Positions 28,626-36,597 of a stretch of 64,000 bases of DNA are shown one piece after another. Position 1 is the stretch's first letter. Each line of letters opens with the position of its first letter. This stretch comes from Opitutaceae bacterium (lineage in GTDB: Bacteria > Verrucomicrobiota > Verrucomicrobiia > Opitutales > Opitutaceae). Made by a program: the position numbers and the translations under genes. The DNA lies in the NCBI GenBank assembly GCA_016794625.1, contig JAEUGY010000004.1, positions 13,287 to 77,286 on the forward strand. The letters run 5' to 3'. Below the pieces are notes generated by a model. It did not search any database and had not been told where the DNA came from. It saw only the letters and a list, made by a program, of their open reading frames with translations.

Positions 28626-28721
28626 AAGGGACAGGCCGAAAAAGAGCAATCGCCAGAGACTGCATTTAAGGGACAGGCAAAATAAAAGCAACCCCTAGAG
28701 ATTGCCCAAAAAGGGACAGGC
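28626..28721. repeat. AT-rich 42-43-bp tandem repeat (2.3 units) with core AAGGGACAGGC
   Basis: AAGGGACAGGC occurs at 28626, 28668 and 28711. Units 1 and 2 also share the downstream pattern aaaa-a-agcaa-c-cc-gaga-tgc. It lies in a 520-bp spacer inside an otherwise compact operon. Confidence 0.85.
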
Positions 28722-29071
28722 CGATTTCGCTCGAGCTCCGGACGGGGCCTCGATCCGCCAGGCTGGGCCGCGAACGGGGGCGAGAAGGCCGGGTGACGCC
28801 GCGCACCGACAGCGCCACGGAGCGGGATCAGAGGCTCGAGGTGCTTGAGGAAAAGGATCTGGAAAACTGCGGGGAAAGGCGGAGGATGGTGGCGGTTGAG
28901 ACTCCGGCTCCCTCCCGCACCCCCGCCTCCGTTGCAAATCGTCCGGCCCGGCTCTCCCGGTTGCATGCTTTCCGACCTGACCCTCCTCCCCGCCCTCACC
29001 GTCAACCGCGCGTCGAAAATTGACCGCGCAACGCCGGGCGGCTGGCACGGAGTCTGCAAACGCTACCGGCG

Positions 29072-31549
29072 ATGATTCCGCCCCCGGCCTCATTTTCTTC
29101 CCCGTTGCTTCGCGGTTATCGCGGACTCGCCGGGCGGCATGACGAAGCGGTGGCGGCCGACGGCACCGTGCGTCCCGCCTGGCAGGAATTTACCCGCTCC
29201 CTCGGCGACGACCCCCTGGCGACCCTGCGCGCGGCCAGCGACGCCGCCCGCCGGGCCATCGTGGAACAGGATGTCAGCCTCAATCTCTACTCCGCCGAAA
29301 GCTCCGATTCCATCGCCTGGCCCCTCGACGTGGTGCCGCTCCTGCTCGGCGGCGAAGACTGGAGCCGCCTTTCCGCCGGTCTCCGCCAGCGCGCCCGGTT
29401 GTTCAACCTTCTCCTGCAGGACCTCTACGGTCCGCAAAAGATGCTCCGCCAAGGGCTGCTGCCCGCGGCCCTCGGCATGGCCAACCCCCACTTCCTGCGC
29501 GCCTGCGCGGGACTGGGCAAGTCCCGCCAGCCCTTCCTCCACACCTACGCCGCGGACGTGGCGCGATCCCCCGACGGACGGTGGTGGGTCCTGCAGGACC
29601 GCCTCGATGCGCCGTCCGGGCTCGGGTACGCCCTGCAGAACCGCACCATCGTGCGCCAGGTCCTGCCGGGCGCCTTCCATCACGCGCCGGTCAGTCGGCT
29701 GTATCGGTTCATTCGCGACTTCCGTGAATCGCTCGACGTGCTCCAGGCGCAGAGCGAGTCATCGCGGCTGGTGCTGCTCACGCCCGGTCCCGCCAACGAA
29801 TCGTACTATGAACACGCCTACCTCGCGCGCTACCTGGGTTGCCCGCTGGTGGAGGGCGGCGACCTCACCACGCGGGACCGCCAGGTCTTTCTCCGGACGG
29901 TGGGTGGACTCCGCCAGGTAGGCGTGATCCTCCGACGGCTCGACTCCGAATTCTGCGATCCGCTCGAACTCGACCCCCGATCGCTGCTCGGCGTGCCCGG
30001 GCTGGTGCACGCCGCGCAATCGGGCCGCGTCGCCATCGCCAATCAGCTCGGCGGCCGGGCCCTCGAAAGCACGGCCCTCCTGTCGTTCCTGCCCTCGCTG
30101 TGCGAACACCTGCTCGACGAGGAGCTGCTTCTGCCCAGCGCGGCCACCTGGTGGGGCGGGCAGGTCTCGGCCCGGGACTACATCCTCGACCACCTCGGGG
30201 AACTGGTGATCAAGCCCACCTTCAGCGGCGCCAGCGCGCCCGCCACCGTCTACGCCGGCGGACTCGACCCCGCGCAGCGCGACGCCCTCGCCGCCCGCAT
30301 CGCAGCCGAGCCCGCCGCCTACTGCGGCCAGGAACGCGTTTTGCTCGGCACCACACCCGCCTGGGACCCCGACGCCGCGTCCCTGCGCCCGACTCCCTTC
30401 GTCGCGCGCCTTTATCTCTCCGCCCACGACGGGGAGTTTCAGGTGATGCCCGGAGGGCTCGGCCGCTTCAATCTTTCGGGCGAAGACGCCATGGTCTCCC
30501 TCCAGAGCGGCTCCGTATCCAAAGACGTCTGGGTGCTCTCCAGTCAGCACAATGACGATCCGCCCGCCCACTTCGCCGCCGGTGCCTCCGAACGGCGACA
30601 CGGGGCGGCCACGCCCAGCCGGCTGGCCGACAACCTGTTCTGGCTGGGCCGCTACCTCGAGCGCACGAGCCAGGTGACACGACTCCTAGCCAAGCTCCAT
30701 CCGTTGCTGCGCGATGAGATCGCGGTGCTCGATCCCGGCGTCGCAGAGGACACGGTGGCGTTCATCCTGCGGCTCCAGGATCTGCACCAGCCCGTCACCG
30801 GGTCCCTCGATGAGCGAGCGGACTTCGTCCGGCGGATCGCCGGAGACCGCACCCGCCCCGGCAGCCTTGCGGCCAACCTGCTCCGCCTCGCCCGCACCTT
30901 GGAAACGGCGAAGGTCCGGCTACCTCCCGAGGCCTGGCGCGTCGCCCGCCACCTGCGCCAGTTGAGCCAAGGCACTCCGGACTTCGCCGAGGTTCAGACC
31001 CAGCTTGCCCAGCTCGACGGACTCGCTGCGGAGACCATGGTCCATGACACCGGCTGGCGCTTCCTGGATCTGGGCCGCCGGATCGAGCGCGCGGTGCACA
31101 TTCTCCAGCTCATGCGCGCGTTGCTGGAACGGCCCACCGGCGACCCCGAGCCGACCGAGTTCCGGCTTCAGACCTGCCTGCACCTCGCGGACAGCCTGTT
31201 TACCTATCGCGCCAGCTTCAGCGGTGCCTTTCATCCCGCGAGCGTCATGGCTTGGATGCTGGCCGAGCCCGAGAACCCACGCGGCCTGCGCTTTCAGGCC
31301 GAACGGATCACCGAACACCTGGCCGCCCTGCCCGATGAACTCGCCCCCCGCCCCGTGGAGTTGCTGCGGACCACAGTCTTCCGATTGCTGAGCTCGGTCC
31401 GCCTGGCCGACATGCAAACCCTTGCCTCCACACCGGAACAAGCCTCCGAACTCTGGAACGATCAACTCGCTCTGCTCGCCGACCTGAACGACCGGTTGAC
31501 GCAGATCTACTTCGCCCACACCGAGCCTTCGGAGAACGGCGCCGGCTGA
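29072..31549 (+). CDS. Fusion of a circularly permuted type-2 ATP-grasp (COG2308-like) with an alpha-E domain (COG2307-like)
   Basis: 825-aa ORF. The N-terminal half has the layout of the circularly permuted ATP-grasp family. From about 30600 the alpha-E signature LADNLFWLGRYLERT begins, followed by WRFLDLGRRIER. Confidence 0.85.
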   Translation: MIPPPASFSSPLLRGYRGLAGRHDEAVAADGTVRPAWQEFTRSLGDDPLATLRAASDAARRAIVEQDVSLNLYSAESSDSIAWPLDVVPLLLGGEDWSRLSAGLRQRARLFNLLLQDLYGPQKMLRQGLLPAALGMANPHFLRACAGLGKSRQPFLHTYAADVARSPDGRWWVLQDRLDAPSGLGYALQNRTIVRQVLPGAFHHAPVSRLYRFIRDFRESLDVLQAQSESSRLVLLTPGPANESYYEHAYLARYLGCPLVEGGDLTTRDRQVFLRTVGGLRQVGVILRRLDSEFCDPLELDPRSLLGVPGLVHAAQSGRVAIANQLGGRALESTALLSFLPSLCEHLLDEELLLPSAATWWGGQVSARDYILDHLGELVIKPTFSGASAPATVYAGGLDPAQRDALAARIAAEPAAYCGQERVLLGTTPAWDPDAASLRPTPFVARLYLSAHDGEFQVMPGGLGRFNLSGEDAMVSLQSGSVSKDVWVLSSQHNDDPPAHFAAGASERRHGAATPSRLADNLFWLGRYLERTSQVTRLLAKLHPLLRDEIAVLDPGVAEDTVAFILRLQDLHQPVTGSLDERADFVRRIAGDRTRPGSLAANLLRLARTLETAKVRLPPEAWRVARHLRQLSQGTPDFAEVQTQLAQLDGLAAETMVHDTGWRFLDLGRRIERAVHILQLMRALLERPTGDPEPTEFRLQTCLHLADSLFTYRASFSGAFHPASVMAWMLAEPENPRGLRFQAERITEHLAALPDELAPRPVELLRTTVFRLLSSVRLADMQTLASTPEQASELWNDQLALLADLNDRLTQIYFAHTEPSENGAG

Positions 31550-31579
31550 ACACCGCCGCACATCGACGCCCGGGTCGTC

Positions 31580-32467
31580 ATGCCTGTCTATCGTATTCGC
31601 CACTCCACTCTCTACCGCCACGGCACCGCTGCCGCCATGGCCTGGCAGTCCTTGCGGCTGCAGCCCCGCCGCGAGGCCAACCAGGAGTGCCTCGAATTCG
31701 AACTGGAGCTCAATCCCCGGCCGGCCGACCTGTCCGTTCGCACCGACTACTTTGGCAACACCCAGCATGTCTTCACGGTCCGGGCCGTGCACCGGGAGTT
31801 CTCCATTCAGGCGCACAGCCTGGTGCGCCGCGATGAGCCGGCCCGTCCGGCACCCGACGCGGCACTCACCGCCGCGGCGACCTCCGACGCCATCGATCGC
31901 GAGGTGCTGCAGGGCGATTTCGCCCTCGAACAATACCGGCACCCCAGCCCGCTCGTCCCCAGCTTTCCCGCCGTCGGCAGCCTGACCGGCGTCGTGGATC
32001 CGGCGCTCCCGCTGCTGGAATGGATGGACGCCTTCGGCGCCGTGTTCTCCCGCACGTTTCGCTTCGACTCCACCGCCACGCTCGTCTCCACCCCGCTCGA
32101 GGAAGTCCTGCGGCTGCGACGCGGGGTCTGCCAGGATTTCGCCCATCTCTACATCGCGGGAGCGCGTTCCCTGGGACTCGCCGCGGCCTATGTCAGCGGA
32201 TACCTGCTGACCCAGCCTCCGCCCGGCCGGCCGCGCTTCGTGGGCGCCGATGCCATGCACGCCTGGGTTTCCATTCATGTGCCCGGAGCCGGCTGGGTCG
32301 ACTACGACCCCACCAACCGGTGTTTCGCCGGTTCCGGCCACCTCGTCGTGGCCCGCGGTCGCGACTACAGCGACGTCAGTCCCACCCGGGGCGTATTCAA
32401 TGGGGGCGGCGCCCAGACGCTGTACCTGGGTGTCACCGTCGAGCCCGAGGACGTAGCGGCCCCCTAA
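31580..32467 (+). CDS. Transglutaminase family protein (Bact_transglu_N + core)
   Basis: 295-aa ORF. The N-terminus is YRIRHSTLYRH. The Cys-His-Asp core is RGVCQDFAHLYIAGARSLGLAAAYVSGYL ... HAWVSIHVPGAGWVDYDPTN. Confidence 0.88.
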   Translation: MPVYRIRHSTLYRHGTAAAMAWQSLRLQPRREANQECLEFELELNPRPADLSVRTDYFGNTQHVFTVRAVHREFSIQAHSLVRRDEPARPAPDAALTAAATSDAIDREVLQGDFALEQYRHPSPLVPSFPAVGSLTGVVDPALPLLEWMDAFGAVFSRTFRFDSTATLVSTPLEEVLRLRRGVCQDFAHLYIAGARSLGLAAAYVSGYLLTQPPPGRPRFVGADAMHAWVSIHVPGAGWVDYDPTNRCFAGSGHLVVARGRDYSDVSPTRGVFNGGGAQTLYLGVTVEPEDVAAP

Positions 32468-33138
32468 ACCGGCGCCCTCGAGCCGCCTCTATCCACCGCT
32501 GCGCGCTTCGCGGGTGCCACGTGGCGCCAATGCAGGAAGATCTCCGCGAGGAGCAACGGCAAGACCCAGCACATCCAGCCGACGGCGGCATACTTGGTGC
32601 GTCCGAGACCGTTGAAGACATCAAGCTCCACCACGTATCGAAACGTGACAAAGCCGAACGTGACGATGTAGCTGCGGATCATCCAGTCGCGGTGGGCGTC
32701 GAATCGCCGGTTGCGAATCGCCACCAGCGCCATACCCAGCGTCAGCCACCAGGCGACCCCGAGGAAGAACAGGCTGAATCCGAAGTCGGGCAGGCTCGAG
32801 CGCACCGCAAGGACAAAGGCCGTTCCGCCGCCAGCGATGATCCCAAGCGCGTAGGCGTAACCCAAGGTTCGGTGGGCCCTCGGCCAGCGCAGCTTGAAGC
32901 CCGACCAAAATTGCACCGGCCCCAGGATCAGCGCGAGCGTCCCGCCGGCAATGTGCGCGACCAGCCAGAGGCGATTGGGCCAGTAGCGGCGATAACCCGC
33001 CTCGCTGTAGTTGGTCAGGTAGCGCACCGCGCTGTCCCACCAGAAATGGACCGCCACGCCCAGCAGCGCGACCACCACCATCAGGAGCACGATCGACGAC
33101 GGCGACATCGGCTTCGCGGGCCGGAGAGTTGTATCCAT
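32464..33138 (-). CDS. DUF2306-like polytopic membrane protein
   Basis: ATG at 33138 within ORF 32464-33336. It has five to six TM helices. Motifs are HIAGGTLALILGPVQFW, AHRTLGYAY and HRDWMIRSY. Confidence 0.65.
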   Translation of the reverse strand: MDTTLRPAKPMSPSSIVLLMVVVALLGVAVHFWWDSAVRYLTNYSEAGYRRYWPNRLWLVAHIAGGTLALILGPVQFWSGFKLRWPRAHRTLGYAYALGIIAGGGTAFVLAVRSSLPDFGFSLFFLGVAWWLTLGMALVAIRNRRFDAHRDWMIRSYIVTFGFVTFRYVVELDVFNGLGRTKYAAVGWMCWVLPLLLAEIFLHWRHVAPAKRAAVDRGGSRAPV

Positions 33139-33226
33139 AATGCAGGATCCAAAAGGTCCAGAAGGCGGCCGGAATCCTATGCCAGCGGTAGGGCTGCTCC
33201 GCACCTGCCGCAAGCCCGAACTGGTC

Positions 33227-34270
33227 CTAACACCCAAATCGACAGCCGTGGGCGCTGAATCCGGCCCCGAAGCCGACCAGCCACCAATCCTCTCCGGGTG
33301 TCGGCGGGCCTTGCTCCAGCTCATCGGCCAGCGCAAACAGCACCGAGGGGCTGCTCATATTGCCGAAGCGGCGCAACACGTCCTTGCTCGCTCGTAAGGA
33401 CTGACCGGGTAACGCCGTCTCGAGGGCGCGCAGCACATCGCGGCCGCCGGTGTGGGACAACACCCGTCCGAGCGGTCGCTCGCCGACCTGGGCCGACGCC
33501 CGCGCGTGCAATGTCGATACCGCGGCTGCCGCAAGCTGGGGCACCGAGGGGTGCAGCAGGTTCCGCAGCTTGCCGCCACGCTGCTCGAAGCGGATGCGGT
33601 CGCGATCGGCCGGACGATGGAGGGTGTCGAAACCGTGACATCGCCAGCCTTCCGGCCCCGGGGTGGAGCGCCATACGGCGGCCGCGGCCCCGTCGCCAAA
33701 AAGACATGCACTGAACAACACGCCCAGGTCGTCGTCCAAATAGAAGGCCGAGGAGCAAATCTCCACCGCCACGGTCACCACGACTGCGTCCGGCTGCGCC
33801 GCCAGCAACGCACCCGCCGCCCGCAGGGTGGGGATGGCCGCGCCGCAGCCCAAGCCCACCAAGTCCTGAAGAAACGTGTTCTCGCGCAGACCGAGCTGCT
33901 CGGCGACGTAGCTGCTGACGCCCGGACAAAGGTACCCCGTACAGGTGCAGACCAGCAGCGCGTCCACCTCGCCCGGGGACACACCGGCGCGGGCCAGCGC
34001 CTCCGTCACCGCCTCGCCCGCCAGCCGCGGCGCGGCCTGCCGGAACGACTCGTTCAGCTGGTCGGAGTCGAGGTCGAGGATGCGCTCCACGTCGCGGGCC
34101 GCAAAGTGCCGGGTTTCGATGCCGGAATCGCGGGTCAGCACCGACTGCAGGATGAAGAGTGATTTCCGGGACAGGCGTTTTCTGATTTCGGAGCGCTGCA
34201 CCATGTCCCAACACTGGGCCTGGGTGTAGCGATCCGGCGGCACGGCGGTGGCGAGGGCGTGAAGGTACAT
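33227..34270 (-). CDS. Type III polyketide synthase (chalcone/stilbene synthase superfamily)
   Basis: ATG at 34270 within ORF 33227-34465. The 347-aa product has catalytic Cys in LVGLGCGAA, His in LSHTGGRDVL and Asn in FGNMSSPSVLF, plus the C-terminal GFGAGFS. Confidence 0.88.
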   Translation of the reverse strand: MYLHALATAVPPDRYTQAQCWDMVQRSEIRKRLSRKSLFILQSVLTRDSGIETRHFAARDVERILDLDSDQLNESFRQAAPRLAGEAVTEALARAGVSPGEVDALLVCTCTGYLCPGVSSYVAEQLGLRENTFLQDLVGLGCGAAIPTLRAAGALLAAQPDAVVVTVAVEICSSAFYLDDDLGVLFSACLFGDGAAAAVWRSTPGPEGWRCHGFDTLHRPADRDRIRFEQRGGKLRNLLHPSVPQLAAAAVSTLHARASAQVGERPLGRVLSHTGGRDVLRALETALPGQSLRASKDVLRRFGNMSSPSVLFALADELEQGPPTPGEDWWLVGFGAGFSAHGCRFGC

Positions 34271-34287
34271 GAAGTGGTTTTTTGGAT

Positions 34288-35316
34288 TCAATGCAGCAGG
34301 CGGTAGAAGAGGCGGAAGGGCAGAAGTCCGGTCCGGGAAAGCCCGGCGAGCCAGGGTTGAAGCCGCGGCTCCACCAGGAAGCGGTGAACTTGGCGGGCGA
34401 GGAGCAACCGGCGGCGAAATCGCGACTTCAACCCGCGGTGGGCACGCCGCGTGGCCTCGTCCCATTCCAGGCGCCCGCCCGACCAGGCCACCAGGGGTTC
34501 AACCACGGTGACCGCACCCTGGAACGCCATGGCCATGCCATGACCCGTAAACGGCGGGATGAGCGCAAAGGCGTCACCAATGGCGAGGCGTCCCGGCGCC
34601 CACCCGGGTGTCTGAAAGTGGATCCCGGCCACCGAGGAAATCGAGGTGCCATCCGTTTCGGCGTCTTCAATCCGCCCGGCCAGGTGTTGCAGTCCCGCCG
34701 CGCGCAGGTGACGCACAAGGACGGTGGCCGGCGCGCCCGCCTGCAGCGCTTCGCTCCGCCGAAACAGGCCGCATACATTCACGTCATCACCTTCCACCCC
34801 GCATAGCCCCACATAGGCGCCAGCGCCCAGATGAAGTTCCAGGTCAGCGGCGAGCGGCAGGTTGGAAACGTGCAGCTTCAGACCGACCCAGTCCGAAGCG
34901 GCGCGATGTCGTCCCGCCGCCACCACCCGCCCGGGCGCCGTTTCCTTCAGCTCCCTCCGTGCTCCCGTATGCAAGACTCCGCCCGCAGCACAGAACGCCC
35001 GGGCCAGCTGTTGGTCCAGCAGGTGCCGACTCACGCCCAGCGCGGCCTCCGGCAGGGTCGAGACGCCCGCGGCACGTCCCTGGTGAAACCAGGCCAGCGT
35101 GCGATGCCGGCGGGCGGACGCCAGCACGGCGCCGATTCCAAGCGCCTCCGCCGTCGCCCGGTCGAGCCCGGTGATGAACTCGCCGCAGACGCGGTGCCGC
35201 GGGTAGTGGCCCGCCTCCCACACCGTCACCGGCACGCCGCGACGTCGCAAGGCCAGACCCAGGGACAGGCCGGCCAGTCCGCCGCCCACCACCTCGACGG
35301 AGCGACCGCCGCTCAT
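34288..35316 (-). CDS. FAD-dependent oxidoreductase / monooxygenase-like flavoprotein
   Basis: ATG at 35316 within ORF 34288-35703. The Rossmann dinucleotide motif is VEVVGGGLAGLSLGLAL, with a later GDAFALIPPFTGHGM motif. Confidence 0.8.
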   Translation of the reverse strand: MSGGRSVEVVGGGLAGLSLGLALRRRGVPVTVWEAGHYPRHRVCGEFITGLDRATAEALGIGAVLASARRHRTLAWFHQGRAAGVSTLPEAALGVSRHLLDQQLARAFCAAGGVLHTGARRELKETAPGRVVAAGRHRAASDWVGLKLHVSNLPLAADLELHLGAGAYVGLCGVEGDDVNVCGLFRRSEALQAGAPATVLVRHLRAAGLQHLAGRIEDAETDGTSISSVAGIHFQTPGWAPGRLAIGDAFALIPPFTGHGMAMAFQGAVTVVEPLVAWSGGRLEWDEATRRAHRGLKSRFRRRLLLARQVHRFLVEPRLQPWLAGLSRTGLLPFRLFYRLLH

Positions 35317-36089
35317 GGTTCGATCCTTTGGGCCACGAGCCGGTATACCCCTCGCACCGAAGTCGAAGCCGACCACGCCCAGCGTCGCGGCGACAACCCG
35401 AGCAGCGCAGGAAGTTCGGACCCGCGAAATCCGGCCGCGATGCTGACGTGGCCGTCGTGCCGGCTCACGTGATTGGCGCGAATCAGACTGCAGACTCCGC
35501 GAAACACCCACTGCCACCGACGCCGCCGCGTCGGCTCGCACGCCACCAGCACTCGCGCATGGCCGTCGAGTTGCCGTCCCAACGCCATCAGGTCGGCGTC
35601 CGTGAGATGGTGCAGGACGAGGTTGGCCACCACGACGGGATAGTTCTCCCACTGGGAAAAGTGGCGCAGGTCGGCCTGGTGCCAGTCCCACGAAACGGGC
35701 CACCGCCCAGGACGCGCCACGAGATCAAGACCCGACCACCCCAGGCCCAAATCCCCGAGGGCCAGCGCCACCTCACCCGTGCCGGCCCCGAGTTCGAGCA
35801 CGCGCTCGTTCTTCCTGACCACCTGCGGCAAGGTGCGCCGCAGCCAGGCGGGGTTTCCCATCACGTGGTTGAACAGCTTGAGATCGCGCCGGCTATGGGC
35901 CGCATCGGCGCACTCGGGCGGCAACGAGTCCAGCAGTTCAGGGGTGAGACAGCGATTCTGCACGGGGGCGCGGAAGAAAGAGTCCGTTCGGTTGGGCGGC
36001 GGGCGTGGTACGCCGTGAGATCCATCGGGAGATAGACTGGGTTCACCTAATGACACCGCGATCGAAGTGCAACCGGACCCACCAATCAC
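35313..36089 (-). CDS. Class I SAM-dependent methyltransferase
   Basis: SAM-binding motif I is VLELGAGTGEVALAL. Its stop overlaps the flavoprotein start (ATGA at 35313-35316). The start codon is uncertain. Confidence 0.75.
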   Translation of the reverse strand: MIGGSGCTSIAVSLGEPSLSPDGSHGVPRPPPNRTDSFFRAPVQNRCLTPELLDSLPPECADAAHSRRDLKLFNHVMGNPAWLRRTLPQVVRKNERVLELGAGTGEVALALGDLGLGWSGLDLVARPGRWPVSWDWHQADLRHFSQWENYPVVVANLVLHHLTDADLMALGRQLDGHARVLVACEPTRRRRWQWVFRGVCSLIRANHVSRHDGHVSIAAGFRGSELPALLGLSPRRWAWSASTSVRGVYRLVAQRIEP

Positions 36090-36202
36090 CCGGCCGTGCC
36101 GAGGAAGGTCCGTTGGAGGTGGGGTCGGCGAGCCATCGGCGTTAACTTAAGGCGCAGGTGGAGTCCTCAGTTCAACTGAAGATACGCCGGAATGGCTCGG
36201 GT

Positions 36203-36308
36203 GGAGGGCGTCGCTCCGTCGACGCCGGGGGACGAACCCCGCTACCCTGCGTCTGCACGCTCTTGGTGAACGCAACGCGCAACCGGCGTCGACGGAGCGA
36301 CGCCCTCC
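36203..36308. repeat. About 106-bp MITE-like element with near-perfect terminal inverted repeats
   Basis: GGAGGGCGTCGCTCCGTCGACGCCGG at 36203 pairs with CCGGCGTCGACGGAGCGACGCCCTCC ending at 36308. Its left 83 nt are about 94 percent identical to the copy at 9481-9563. Confidence 0.85.
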
Positions 36309-36421
36309 ATCTATCCTACGCTCACCGCGGTGGTCTCCGCCGCGTCTTTTCTCAAAGTAAACGCTTATGGGTCGGCGACCCCACGGGGATGGGCTTGGCG
36401 AAGGAATCGGACAGCGGAGAC

Positions 36422-36465
36422 GGGCCTAGCGGTCCCGTCGCGGCCGCAGCGAGGCCACCTCCAAC
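36422..36465. repeat. REP-like module GGGCC-N-GGTCCCGTCGCGGCC-N-GCGAGGCCACCTCCAAC
   Basis: It shares a backbone with 54674-54694 and 59497-59538. The related half-site GTTGGAGGTGGGGTCGGCGAGCC lies at 36112-36134. Confidence 0.65.
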
Positions 36466-36597
36466 GAGGCCATTGCCGCTCTGCTTACGCGGAAGCACAC
36501 GCGCGGCCGCGGGACGGGGATACCCTGGCTTGCGAGCGGTCGTCCGGTGCTTTTTTAACCCTTCACCTTTCCCCATTCGGCGTTCAGGCTTGGACGC

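Noticed and set aside
24975-28691. 1238-aa ORF on the minus strand, antisense to the 25098-28550 gene. There are similar long antisense ORFs at 132-1634(+), 5883-7976(-), 9958-11346(-), 15689-17836(-), 42298-44244(+), 50170-51954(+) and 60571-62811(+).
   Set aside because: These are typical shadow ORFs of a GC-rich genome. Their translations are Arg/Gly/Pro/Ala-rich low-complexity strings with no recognisable motifs. The opposite strand in each case carries clear family signatures such as the transglutaminase core, the acylase, the radical-SAM motif, HK boxes and Walker motifs.
28626-28721. Short repeat with a regularly spaced 11-bp core (possible mini-CRISPR). The 196-bp and 264-bp tandem repeats were considered in the same way.
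   Set aside because: There are only three cores, and the intervening segments resemble each other, so this is a tandem repeat rather than repeat plus unique spacers. No cas genes are in the window. The 264-bp array is coding, and the 196-bp array has no spacers at all.
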